Origin: a virus
Taxonomy: Duplodnaviria; Caudoviricetes
DNA length: 53,460 nt
Virus record (IMG/VR): IMGVR_UViG_3300001534_000001
Coordinates: 1-53,460 of that record
Direction: 5' to 3' (one strand)
The notes below the pieces were generated by a model. That model saw only the letters and a list, made by a program, of their open reading frames with translations. It was not told the origin of the DNA and searched no databases. The position numbers and the translations under genes are program-made. Each line of letters begins with the position of its first letter. The first letter of the stretch is position 1. Below, one piece after another: positions 29,209 through 38,517 of this stretch.

Positions 29209-30369
29209 TTAATGGTTAATAATTAAACTATTACTTCCTGTTTCAATGGGTTCGTAACCTACACCCTCCACAGGCACACCGGGTATTTTTAGCCCTGCAT
29301 TTCTTATATTTATTGCCGCATTTATGTCCCTGTCAATAGAAAAACCGCAACAATCACATTTATATACTCGTTCAGATAATAAAAGAATTTCTTTTATGTT
29401 TCCACAATTGGAACAGGTTTTACTTGACGGGAAAAAGGCTCCTACTTTTATTAGTTTCCTACCATACCAGGCCGCTTTATATTCAAGTTGATTAATCAAA
29501 ATATCCCAACTTGCATCGGAAATACTTCGTGCCACTTTGTGGTTTTTCATCATGTTTTGAATTTTTAGCGTTTCAATGACAATCGTTTGGTTCTCACGGA
29601 TTAGTTCGTTGGTTACCTGGTGATAGTAGTGTTCTCTTTGTCTAAATGATTTACGATATAATTTCGCTGTTTTGATGCGAAGTTTCTCACGGTTTTTGCC
29701 TCCTTTTTTTGATTTAGCAAATTTTCTTTTTATTTTTTTAAGTTTAAATTCAGAATTGATAAGGTATTTATTATTTGGGAATGTTACGCCATTAGAAGTA
29801 ATAATCAAATTTTTCAAACCGAGATCAATACCCAAAACATTATTAGTAAGTGATGGTAGCTTTACCGCTTCAGTTTTAATCAGGCAGGTTGCCCAATAAT
29901 CACCCGATTTGTCTTTTTTAAATGTAATTGTCCTTATTTCATTCGTATCCAACAACTTCATATAAAAGTCAGATGTTTTATATTTTATTGTGTTGCCATA
30001 AAATTTAATTTTACTGTCTTTGGATGATAGGCTTTGGTGGGCAAAAAAGGAATTATATTGTTTTTTACTTTTATATCGCGGATACCCCTTTCCGCTAAAA
30101 AAAAACTTAAAAGCAGCATCTAATTTCAAAGCTACCTCTCTTATACATTCAGCCTTACATTCTTTCAAAAAAGGAGTTTCTTTTCTTATTTCAAATAATT
30201 CTTTTTGTAATTGATAAGCTGTAATATTTATTTTATAATCATTCCACAACCATGTTTTATATTGAAGGCATAAATTATAACAAAACCTATAAGCGTTAAG
30301 GTGTTTTTCAAGCACCTCTTTTTGCTTAACAGTTGGGTATAATTTAACTTTTATCCTTTTAAAAACCAT
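29209..30369 (-). CDS. tnpB: IS200/IS605-family RNA-guided endonuclease TnpB (solo, no TnpA)
   Basis: N-terminal KVKLYPT...RFCYN; RuvC-I LGIDLG; RuvC-II IVIETL; Zn ribbon CSNCG...CDCCG; RuvC-III DRDINAAINI. Confidence 0.95.
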   Translation of the reverse strand: MVFKRIKVKLYPTVKQKEVLEKHLNAYRFCYNLCLQYKTWLWNDYKINITAYQLQKELFEIRKETPFLKECKAECIREVALKLDAAFKFFFSGKGYPRYKSKKQYNSFFAHQSLSSKDSKIKFYGNTIKYKTSDFYMKLLDTNEIRTITFKKDKSGDYWATCLIKTEAVKLPSLTNNVLGIDLGLKNLIITSNGVTFPNNKYLINSEFKLKKIKRKFAKSKKGGKNREKLRIKTAKLYRKSFRQREHYYHQVTNELIRENQTIVIETLKIQNMMKNHKVARSISDASWDILINQLEYKAAWYGRKLIKVGAFFPSSKTCSNCGNIKEILLLSERVYKCDCCGFSIDRDINAAINIRNAGLKIPGVPVEGVGYEPIETGSNSLIINH

Positions 30370-30609
30370 TTATTCTTCTTTTAAAGTTTCAAGTGCTTTT
30401 GTTAACTCTTTTGGCAATTCTCCGTCAAGATGGTGGGCTATAAAAGTATTCGGATCTTCGGTAGCTTCAAACCAGTATGGTATGCAATAATAATCCTTGC
30501 CACCGGCAATGATATGAACCGAAATACCAGTAATAACAGCCGATACGCCCTCTGTAACCCGAAGCGTCTGTTTTTTAATTGCAGATCCGTTTAAATGTGC
30601 TTTGTCCAT
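30370..30609 (-). CDS. Hypothetical protein
   Basis: 79 aa; its stop abuts the tnpB ATG. Confidence 0.55.
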   Translation of the reverse strand: MDKAHLNGSAIKKQTLRVTEGVSAVITGISVHIIAGGKDYYCIPYWFEATEDPNTFIAHHLDGELPKELTKALETLKEE

Positions 30610-30827
30610 ACCAATTCTTTTTTATACCCAAAATGAAAAAATAATTTTTCGTAGCTTTCCTCTGATAGTTCGCCGTTGTTGTGGCGATGCTTCAATACCT
30701 GCGCTGCGTTTTTATCACAAAACGGTGTTGGAGGATCAAGTTCCAACCCCTCATACCAGTTTTTTGTAGCTGTTATAACCTGGAATAAATCTCTCGTGTT
30801 AAAAATTAATGCGTGTGGTCCTGCCAT
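30591..30827 (-). CDS. Hypothetical protein
   Basis: 78 aa; immediately downstream of a TATCTTTG box. Confidence 0.55.
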   Translation of the reverse strand: MAGPHALIFNTRDLFQVITATKNWYEGLELDPPTPFCDKNAAQVLKHRHNNGELSEESYEKLFFHFGYKKELVWTKHI

Positions 30828-30831
30828 GGAT

Positions 30832-30839
30832 CAAAGATA
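30832..30839 (-). promoter_or_regulatory. Bacteroidota -7 promoter box (TATCTTTG) for the tnpB-containing operon
   Basis: Matches TAnnTTTG. Similar minus-strand boxes at 18260, 35906, 38491, 41354, 46355, 46483, 47166 and 50741, at or just upstream of gene starts. Confidence 0.65.
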
Positions 30840-30930
30840 AAGCATAAAAATTGATAATTACAAATCTGTAATTAAAATAAAAAAAGCCACCCGATCCCGG
30901 ATAGCTTCAAATCTATAAATAATCAAAAAC

Positions 30931-31470
30931 TTAACTTAAAGTATATGGCGTAGAAACTTGTGCTGCCACGGCATAATACTGCGTAGCGACTGCATTTGCT
31001 AAAATATTGGCTGTCCCAGCACCAACAGGCGTAAGTATATTTCCTGCAATGGTAAATTTAGAAGTATCGCTGGAAGTCCACACAATAGGAAGCCCTGCGC
31101 TATCTGTACCCTGTAAAGCAAATGGAGCGGCGGTGTGTGCAACGCTGGCTGGTGTAACAACTGTAATGGTCTGTGCCAGTTTCGTAGGCGTAGCATAAGC
31201 TTGTGTGCCTGCAAACACCCATCCGAGTAGCACCGTGATAAGGTCGGCCAGTACGGTAGGGGCAGGTGCGCCATTGATTGTAATTGTATCGCCAATGTGT
31301 AATTTTATTTGAAATTCATTGTTTGGGCTTTTGACAATACAACCTGCAAGGTTATCAATCGGCTTAATGATGATATTTACGGTATCATCTATACCTCTCG
31401 GTATCCCACCGTTAACCGTAACGGTTGCCCCTCCGTTACTTAATCTTTCAATATCAACTGTCTTGCTCAT
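30931..31470 (-). CDS. Putative capsid decoration protein with C-terminal Ig-like domain
   Basis: AQTITV...AGLPIVWTSSDTSKFTIAGNILTPVGAGTANI, a Big_2-like pattern. Confidence 0.65.
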   Translation of the reverse strand: MSKTVDIERLSNGGATVTVNGGIPRGIDDTVNIIIKPIDNLAGCIVKSPNNEFQIKLHIGDTITINGAPAPTVLADLITVLLGWVFAGTQAYATPTKLAQTITVVTPASVAHTAAPFALQGTDSAGLPIVWTSSDTSKFTIAGNILTPVGAGTANILANAVATQYYAVAAQVSTPYTLS

Positions 31471-31533
31471 GATTTTCTTAATTTTCAATAAAAGTACATA
31501 AAAACCTTTGGTAAATAAAAATGTTACTGAAAT

Positions 31534-31698
31534 ATGAATATAGAACCGATTTATATTATAGCATCAACGATAGTTTTTACTATAATCACCCTCATCCCTT
31601 TTGCGGTACCGACAATTATTATCAGTTGGGGTATCCGGGGAACATGCGCAGTACTCGCGATAATTGGATGGTTTTTAACCTTCAAAAGTTTCCATTAA
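31534..31698 (+). CDS. Small two-TM membrane protein (54 aa), antisense to the capsid operon
   Basis: Manual translation MNIEPIYIIASTIVFTIITLIPFAVPTIIISWGIRGTCAVLAIIGWFLTFKSFH; the stop runs directly into a terminator hairpin. Confidence 0.6.
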   Translation: MNIEPIYIIASTIVFTIITLIPFAVPTIIISWGIRGTCAVLAIIGWFLTFKSFH

Positions 31699-31732
31699 AA
31701 AAGCCCTGTTACCGGAGAGATAACGAGGGCTT
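31699..31732. terminator. Intrinsic terminator
   Basis: AAAAGCCCT-GTTA...TAAC-GAGGGCTT hairpin between convergent genes. Confidence 0.65.
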
Positions 31733-31765
31733 AACCAATATAAACCTAAATTATGAGAAGACTTA

Positions 31766-32533
31766 TTAAACCATCAACCCGGCGTTTTTCAACGCTGTAA
31801 GTATAGCGTTCTGTTTTGCCGCCAATGTAGCCAAAGCATTTGCTACGCTGGCTGTTGTTGGAGCGCCTGCTGCTGTACCTCCGGCATCTACCAATACAGC
31901 AATAGTATTCCCTCCGCTTGCGCCGCCTGAATTATCGGTTAAAGCTGCAACATCAGCCGCAGGAACAGTCACGTATGATTTTATGGTAGCCGCAGTCGTA
32001 CTGGTGAAGTTAACCTCAAATTGCTGTACACCGCCTGTTGGTACTACAAACGAACCAATACCGTTTTTTGTAAACCCAGCACCAGGGGTAAATATTACAG
32101 GGTTGGCACCGGCGCTATTATCAATGGTGAAAGTGAACTTAGATCCGGCAATAGCCCCGAGCTGTGTGGCAAGCGCAGTGGCTGTAGGTCCGGTAATAGT
32201 TACCGCCGCCGCAGAGGTGCTGGTAATATACTGCTGTGCCAATTGTGCCGCAGTTAATATCCTGGTGGTATTGGCCGCATACGGGTTTGCATTTGAGTTT
32301 ATGTAGGAAGCGGCATTCGTCCATGGAAGGTTCGCAAAGGTAGTCCCCCTGAATGCCGATGGAGTAGCTGAATAAAACCCGTCACCAAGTTTAAACCTGG
32401 TATTGTCGCCTTTTACTACACCGATCTCCCAATGCATTAATGGATGACTGTCGCTATTTGCAATAGCTAATGTTTTGTAAACACGGAACCTGCATTTATT
32501 GTAGGGTGTGTAAAGAGTTGGTAAGTTTGACAT
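31766..32533 (-). CDS. Putative head fibre/auxiliary capsid protein
   Basis: 255 aa, A/T/G-rich; WEIGVVKGDNTRFKLGDG...LPW resembles Mtd-N/hyaluronidase-type fibre N-domains; C-terminal KQNAILTALKNAGLM resembles head-fibre proteins. Confidence 0.6.
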   Translation of the reverse strand: MSNLPTLYTPYNKCRFRVYKTLAIANSDSHPLMHWEIGVVKGDNTRFKLGDGFYSATPSAFRGTTFANLPWTNAASYINSNANPYAANTTRILTAAQLAQQYITSTSAAAVTITGPTATALATQLGAIAGSKFTFTIDNSAGANPVIFTPGAGFTKNGIGSFVVPTGGVQQFEVNFTSTTAATIKSYVTVPAADVAALTDNSGGASGGNTIAVLVDAGGTAAGAPTTASVANALATLAAKQNAILTALKNAGLMV

Positions 32534-32608
32534 GATGTGTTGTCTTTAAATTTTTTAATTAAAATGATGTGATTAATTAGTATAAAGGTATAACTTATTT
32601 TTAAAATA

Positions 32609-32636
32609 AAAAGGCCAACCTCGCGTCAGCCTTTTT
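32609..32636 (-). terminator. Intrinsic terminator after the major capsid gene
   Basis: AAAAAGGC...GCCTTTTT inverted repeat. Confidence 0.65.
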
Positions 32637-32701
32637 ATTTTAGTTAAATGATAAAATATTGAATAAGCGAAATGCTCAATGAATAACAAATATAGTTATT
32701 T

Positions 32702-34240
32702 CTACAATATTGTACTTGTTGGCTTTTCAATGACCATCTGGATGCCATTACCGAAGTGAGGGGCAAGTTCTGAACGTATAAACATTTCAGTGCCATCGTC
32801 TTCCAATGACTTAACAAACGCTCCAACAGAAGCAATACGACCAGCACCGCCGCGTGACCATACCTCGCTCATGCGTGAGTAACCGTCTTTACCTCTCCAT
32901 TCCAAACCAACATAAGGAACCATTGTTTTGTCCTCTGACTGGAACGTACCGATAGGAAGGTCAATCTGAACATCTTTATAGCCAAGCAAAGCCATACCCA
33001 TGATGTCGTTAAACTCTGTCATGGCGGTAGAAACAAAGCTCATGTGGCCCAGGCGATAGCCATTGAACTCAAGGCACATAAACATTGCCTCTGAACTAAA
33101 AGTAGGGTCAATTGTTTTGGCAACTTTCATCCCTTCAGACATAAAGTCTTTGGTCAGGCTATAGCTGATATTGGTATTGTCCTGAAACTCCTTCAGCATA
33201 ATATCCTGGCGGTTGATCATATTACGGCCTTTCAGCTGCATAATCAATGTTGTACCCAGGGCAAGATCATGGAAATAGTTTGATACTGCGAAAGCATCGT
33301 CAATATCATAGCTATCCACATCAGTGAAGTTAATGATGTAGCCAGCGCCTTTGATGAACGGGATTAGAGCCTCTGAACCTATCATTGGAACTGTTTCATT
33401 TAATAACGATGAAAAGTCGGTGATCTGGTCAGATGTTTCACCCCAAATAAACCACTGTGATTTTTGTAGTTCATTACGAACATCTGTATCATCCAACCCT
33501 TCCAGGTAAAGAAGATTAGACTTGCCCGGTACTGGCTCAAACGATACTCCGGTGGTCATGGTAGAACCTGAAAATACTTCATGCTCTGGCAGAATGGTAA
33601 ACCCATTGGTGTATTTAAAGCGTTGGGCTTTTAACGGATCAACTGTTTTAGCGCCCTCGCCACGTTGGGCGTTGATAAATACAGCCTGTGCGCCAACTAA
33701 TATACCTGCATTGGTATTTACGGTTGATTTAAGCGGCTGTAAGGTTAACTGGTGTAATGATGGTACAGTGGTAACATCTTTTGAAAGAATTTTATACGTA
33801 TTACCATCGGAAAACTTATAGTTTTCATAAGGGCGCGGCCTGCTGAAATAGCTGGTATGTGAAAATGTGTCCGTTACGCTGATCATATCTGTTGCCAGAA
33901 TAGATACAACAATAGACTGACCACCTGTACCACCACCTGAAACAATTGCGGAAATCCCGAAAAAGTTTTTGGTACGCGGTTTTTCATAGTGGCCGGTATT
34001 CGGGCTATCCGATTCCATCATGTTCCGTTTCATAAAGCCCATGGCCATTATCTTATTAAGAAACGGAATATTTTTTCCCTGGTTACGGAAGTAAGTGGGT
34101 AAAAGGTGGGGATGGTCAGCTAATAGCTGCGATCCCAAAATAAAGTGGTCACTATATCCACCGTCAACGTGTGATGGTGGTGATGTGGCGGCGTTTCCGG
34201 GAATTTGTGATTGCTGGAGGCCTGTATTAGAGTATGGCAT
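32702..34240 (-). CDS. Major capsid protein (crAss-like, inferred)
   Basis: 512 aa; order portal-scaffold-this gene-terminator; size and C-terminal DGTEMFIRSELAPHFGNG fit large Bacteroidota phage capsids. Confidence 0.75.
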   Translation of the reverse strand: MPYSNTGLQQSQIPGNAATSPPSHVDGGYSDHFILGSQLLADHPHLLPTYFRNQGKNIPFLNKIMAMGFMKRNMMESDSPNTGHYEKPRTKNFFGISAIVSGGGTGGQSIVVSILATDMISVTDTFSHTSYFSRPRPYENYKFSDGNTYKILSKDVTTVPSLHQLTLQPLKSTVNTNAGILVGAQAVFINAQRGEGAKTVDPLKAQRFKYTNGFTILPEHEVFSGSTMTTGVSFEPVPGKSNLLYLEGLDDTDVRNELQKSQWFIWGETSDQITDFSSLLNETVPMIGSEALIPFIKGAGYIINFTDVDSYDIDDAFAVSNYFHDLALGTTLIMQLKGRNMINRQDIMLKEFQDNTNISYSLTKDFMSEGMKVAKTIDPTFSSEAMFMCLEFNGYRLGHMSFVSTAMTEFNDIMGMALLGYKDVQIDLPIGTFQSEDKTMVPYVGLEWRGKDGYSRMSEVWSRGGAGRIASVGAFVKSLEDDGTEMFIRSELAPHFGNGIQMVIEKPTSTIL

Positions 34241-34292
34241 TGTTTTTAGTATTAATGGTTAAAATTCTGTTAACCAATCACTAAAACACTTT

Positions 34293-35441
34293 TTACGAGT
34301 TTACCCGATTTACCTTGTCTGCAAAGAATTTAGCTGTTTTCGCATCGTCAGATTGTGACTGCTGGATAGGATTATCCTGCTGTGGCTTTAAACCTGATCT
34401 GTTCTCATATTTACTTATCATACGTTCCTCTGTCATACTTACGGCTTTATCCCATGTCTGCTGCAATATTTCATGCTGGTTTTCACGGAAGTATTCAGCC
34501 CTGGCATAATTCAATGCCAATAATGTATTTTCAGGAGTAACGGGGGTAAGCCCATCAATGAAGTAATTTTCAACGTATTGACCTAATTTACCTTTGATGG
34601 TATCATCAATCGGTAATTCATAGTCAATACCCGGAGCATCGTCCTTTCCTTTTAGCGCGAATGTGCCTAAGTTGGGGATGCTGGCCATTACATCTTTTAC
34701 GTATGGTTTAACTTTGCCCTGGTGGGCCATGAGTGCTGCTTGTTGCTGTAGCTGTAGTTCTTCCGGTGGGACTTGTGTCACATTGGAAGCCTCTGCTTTA
34801 AATTGCTGTAACCCTTCTCTCGCTGCTTTAGCTGCAATACGCATTTCATCGTCTGCAATTTCGCGATCAATCGGGTCAAGGTCTTCGTTGTTCAGTTTAA
34901 AGTCCCGGTCAACTTTAAGTTCGGCGGTAGATTGCTTGGTGCCGTTGATAACCATGTTCGCTATGATAGCGTCCCGGTCTGGCATTTCAGCGATACTTCC
35001 GTACTCGTTGATTTTGTGGAAACTTTTAATCTGCTCCTTAGTAGCGCCTGCTGCTTTCAGTTCATTAAGTATCCTCACCTCATCATCTGCGAATTTGGGC
35101 GCTTTCGCCATCTCGGCTGATAAGCGTTCCGTTTCTGATTTCAGGGTGTCGTACTCTGCTAACTTTGGCAATACAGCCTTAAAGCCGTCAACATCTTTTA
35201 TAAGTCCGCCTGACATCTCGTCAAAGTACTTGTTATAATCAATTGTTGCCGGTGCGGCTGGTGCTGGCTCCGCTGCTGCCGGAGGTGGCGTATTTTGTGT
35301 TTGTGATTGCGAATTATCTACCGGTGGCGTTCCGCCTTCGCCGGGTGCAGGGGTAATCGGTTGTTCAAGTTGTTGTTCACCTGCTGCGGGTGCGGCTGGT
35401 ATCTCTACTACTGGTTCTCCTAATGCTGCTCCGAAATTCAT
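34293..35441 (-). CDS. Putative scaffolding protein
   Basis: 382 aa, acidic P/A-rich disordered N-terminus and helical body; directly upstream of the capsid gene. Confidence 0.65.
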   Translation of the reverse strand: MNFGAALGEPVVEIPAAPAAGEQQLEQPITPAPGEGGTPPVDNSQSQTQNTPPPAAAEPAPAAPATIDYNKYFDEMSGGLIKDVDGFKAVLPKLAEYDTLKSETERLSAEMAKAPKFADDEVRILNELKAAGATKEQIKSFHKINEYGSIAEMPDRDAIIANMVINGTKQSTAELKVDRDFKLNNEDLDPIDREIADDEMRIAAKAAREGLQQFKAEASNVTQVPPEELQLQQQAALMAHQGKVKPYVKDVMASIPNLGTFALKGKDDAPGIDYELPIDDTIKGKLGQYVENYFIDGLTPVTPENTLLALNYARAEYFRENQHEILQQTWDKAVSMTEERMISKYENRSGLKPQQDNPIQQSQSDDAKTAKFFADKVNRVNS

Positions 35442-35477
35442 ACGCTGATGTTTATTTTTATAGTTATAAATCCTAAA

Positions 35478-35843
35478 TTAGGCAACCAATAATTTTTCTT
35501 CATGTCGCCTATTATATGTCGCTCTACGGTGGCAATTTGCGCACCTAACGTCACATTTTTCAATTTCTTCTTTTATTTTTACAAGTGAGTGTCCGGTTTT
35601 TCTAACCATATCAGAAATGTTGAAACTTTTTTCTCCTCTTACATGGTCAAATTCTAAAACAATAGGATCTGATTCTCCGCAATCAACACAATTATTTTCA
35701 GAAAGATATTTATTAACGTAAGTTGTATGAAATATTCGTGTATTTCTCTTATGAATTATAGACCGTTCTATCACCTTAATTTTATTGTTCTCATAATGTT
35801 TTTTTGCAGATGCTGATTGGTCTTTCTTATTTTTATACGGCAT
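35478..35843 (-). CDS. HNH endonuclease
   Basis: CVDCGESDPIVLEFDHVRG...KCDVRCANCHRRAT; likely start MPYKNKK at 35843. Confidence 0.9.
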   Translation of the reverse strand: MPYKNKKDQSASAKKHYENNKIKVIERSIIHKRNTRIFHTTYVNKYLSENNCVDCGESDPIVLEFDHVRGEKSFNISDMVRKTGHSLVKIKEEIEKCDVRCANCHRRATYNRRHEEKLLVA

Positions 35844-35865
35844 AATCACTGTTTTAATTATATAT

Positions 35866-35891
35866 CGAGCTACCAACTGCTCTACCCTGCG
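35866..35891 (-). pseudogene. 5' fragment of an initiator tRNA-Met-like gene (acceptor 5' strand plus D-arm)
   Basis: CGCAGGGTAGAGCAGTTGGTAGCTCG closely matches the 5' end of bacterial tRNA-fMet; no anticodon or T-arm follows. Confidence 0.7.
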
Positions 35892-35939
35892 ATATTTATT
35901 TACGTCAAATATAAATCTTTTTATTTCACAAATGCAAAT

Positions 35940-38474
35940 TTATGCAGATTGTTGTACTTGTTGTTGCTGTCCCTGTGACGGATCACCTTCGTCCGGTTGC
36001 GCTTGTTGCGGTGACATCTGCTGTGACGCTGGCCCCGGCTGTTGTGGCGGCGGCGGGTTATCCTGCTTCAACACCCCCACGATTTCGAGGTGAGCCTCGT
36101 CAATAATTTTCTGATAAGTTCCCTGCGCTGCCGGGCCCCCCTCCTTCGCGTAATCGGTTATCAACGCGGATGAAGCTGCGGTCATGCGTTTCTCCGCCTC
36201 CTGCACGATAATGGTCATACGTTTTTCTTTTGCCTTAACCGATTCTGTTTGCTGTTTAGCGGCCTCTGCTGCCTGTGCTGACTGTACTTGAATATTACCG
36301 GTCAACTGCTGATTCTTTTCTGACGTTGCCTGCGCCTGTGCAATTTTCTTTTGCTCTACCTTCGCCATCACCCAAAGCGCCTGACGTACATTGCCCGATT
36401 TAATGGTTTCAGACAGATAAATATATTCAGACGTGGTAATACCTTCTGAAAAGTTTGTTTTTACACCCAACGCATTAAGCCCTTCAATTTTCGTCATTAA
36501 AGCAGCCAACTCCTCTTTTGTTGACCCCAATATAAGCGATATGTTCAAATCAGCATTGGTAAACTCTTTATCCAAAGCCAATATCTGCATATTCTTTCTA
36601 CCCAGTGGGCTGTAGTTTAATTTTAGATCACGGTCTTTGGCGATGATTTGCCATTTTTTAACACAATCAGTAAAAGTATCCTCAAACAAATACTGGAAGC
36701 AGTTGAACGTTGGGAACAGCGCGGCATTGGATGACTGTGCGGCAAGCTCTGTCTTGCCTACGCCGTCATATTTCTGCGGCGTAGATCCGTCTGCGCCCTG
36801 GGCAATACCCCATACTTCCCGTAAATTATTTATGCCGGCCAGTATTTGCCCGGTGAAAATATTAATATCTTCCTGTATACCCATTGGCAGGAAATCAACT
36901 AATTTCTGATTTGTGAATATCGGCTTGCCATCATCATCAACGGCGTTCACCATTAAGTAACCCAACTCCCGGAAGGTGGCCATGTTATCTTCCGGCTGTT
37001 GCTTGATGTTATTTAAAAATACATTATCAAGCAATCCGGTCTGTATCACCATGCGCGGGGCCGGGATGGCACTGGCAAGTGAATTACGCAGTTTTGTATT
37101 CGCCAGGTCAATATCATCCTGTACAGCAATGGAACGCTCAACCAAACTGATATTTCCTGTTTTTGTAGCAAAGTAGTCAAGGCCGGGGCAACGGTCGCCG
37201 TCCGGGCCGTAATAGATTATATCCTCGTCAGAACCATACTTCAGCATAACGTTTGTGCCGATTACCCATTCAGCGGCAAACTTCTTGATAACCTTTTTCT
37301 GAATATGCTTGTCGCCGTTCCTTTTTGCTTTAGCGTCCAACTCAAAATCAAAATCCTTTGCAACGAATAAAGTACGGCGGTCGTTTTTTACATAATTCTC
37401 AATATCAACGCCAAGCCATTGGTAATCCAATACCAATACCTTACACCTATTCAGTGGATCAATATTGTAACCATTAGCTGATGAATAAGCGCCCATAATC
37501 AGGTTGCCATATTGCGGATTTAAGTATTGGTAATTCCGGCATAAATCAATTAATTCCTCCGGTCCTAACTCCGGGTTTTTCTGCCTGATTTCTTTAATGG
37601 TTAACGTGCGTATCCAGCCAAACTTGCTAAGATTACTGAAATTATTATCGATGCTGTAAGGGATAAGCACCGGGCAAAGATCAAGTTCAGGATTATATAT
37701 TTCAACTTTTACCAGTTTAACAGTATTGGTTGTCTTGTCAATTTCATTCTTCCATGCGGCAATCCCGTATTTTATTAAATCATCAAACGTGCCATCCTGA
37801 ACTACTTTGTAATTGCTGACAAGTTTTGTTTTGTTGCAGGCCGCTATTGAGGCCAACTCCCTGTCAAATACATAAGCGCCGCACTCAAAGTAAAGATCAA
37901 CATCCGCTTCAGTAGCTAATCCAAGTGCCTGCGGGTCAAGTTTTGTATTGGGCTTAAACTTTGTCCGGCGCATCATTTCCTGCGTGTCCTCGTCCACCAG
38001 GTATTTAAGCATGGCCTTATCGGCCTCTTTTGCCTGTATGCTATCATCGTCAAGGCAAATGGCATCAACATCATACACCTGCCTCATGTTCTTTTCACGG
38101 ACAACATCGTATAGTTTGGAGATAATCGGCAGCCGGTCGAATGATATAGATGTTTTGGTGATGTGCTTTCCGTTTTTCTTTTTGTTCGGGCTTTTGCCGA
38201 TAAAGGTATCTTTTAGCTTTTCTGTGGAGTAGGTGCCTGTCGCATATTGGTGGAGAACCCTGAAGGGTCTCTTTTCAGCACCGAAATTATAGGTTGGGTT
38301 GTTGTAACTTAATTCGTATGCCCCGGAGAGCATTTCTGAAAGCATTGCTTTACCGTACAACATTGAATATTCTTTTTCCTGCTTTAACGCCGCGGAAGTA
38401 CGCTCATCGTTTGGAAATGCGTTGTTAGCCCTTTGATCTTTAAAACTCTCTAACCTTTGAAATGAGTTTGCCAT
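35940..38474 (-). CDS. Portal protein (crAss-like)
   Basis: 844 aa directly after the terminase; LHQYATG...LPIISKLYD and INNLREVWGI...ADGSTP motifs; Q/P-rich tail. Confidence 0.8.
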   Translation of the reverse strand: MANSFQRLESFKDQRANNAFPNDERTSAALKQEKEYSMLYGKAMLSEMLSGAYELSYNNPTYNFGAEKRPFRVLHQYATGTYSTEKLKDTFIGKSPNKKKNGKHITKTSISFDRLPIISKLYDVVREKNMRQVYDVDAICLDDDSIQAKEADKAMLKYLVDEDTQEMMRRTKFKPNTKLDPQALGLATEADVDLYFECGAYVFDRELASIAACNKTKLVSNYKVVQDGTFDDLIKYGIAAWKNEIDKTTNTVKLVKVEIYNPELDLCPVLIPYSIDNNFSNLSKFGWIRTLTIKEIRQKNPELGPEELIDLCRNYQYLNPQYGNLIMGAYSSANGYNIDPLNRCKVLVLDYQWLGVDIENYVKNDRRTLFVAKDFDFELDAKAKRNGDKHIQKKVIKKFAAEWVIGTNVMLKYGSDEDIIYYGPDGDRCPGLDYFATKTGNISLVERSIAVQDDIDLANTKLRNSLASAIPAPRMVIQTGLLDNVFLNNIKQQPEDNMATFRELGYLMVNAVDDDGKPIFTNQKLVDFLPMGIQEDINIFTGQILAGINNLREVWGIAQGADGSTPQKYDGVGKTELAAQSSNAALFPTFNCFQYLFEDTFTDCVKKWQIIAKDRDLKLNYSPLGRKNMQILALDKEFTNADLNISLILGSTKEELAALMTKIEGLNALGVKTNFSEGITTSEYIYLSETIKSGNVRQALWVMAKVEQKKIAQAQATSEKNQQLTGNIQVQSAQAAEAAKQQTESVKAKEKRMTIIVQEAEKRMTAASSALITDYAKEGGPAAQGTYQKIIDEAHLEIVGVLKQDNPPPPQQPGPASQQMSPQQAQPDEGDPSQGQQQQVQQSA

Positions 38475-38517
38475 CTATTGAAAAGTTTCTCAAATGTAAA
38501 TTTTATTTTCCACAAAT

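Noticed and set aside
29200-29235. Possible TnpB guide match to the capsid leader (TTAACCATTAA) or to the region near 46135
   Set aside because: Matches are about 11 nt and AT-only or nearly so, and the omega-RNA boundary is undefined, so chance is likely.
31521-31769. 82-aa plus-strand ORF from the track
   Set aside because: Runs through the terminator hairpin and has no motif; the 54-aa TM ORF in another frame explains the region better.
35866-35891. Complete or intron-split tRNA gene
   Set aside because: No anticodon arm, T-arm or 3' acceptor strand found after the HNH gene.
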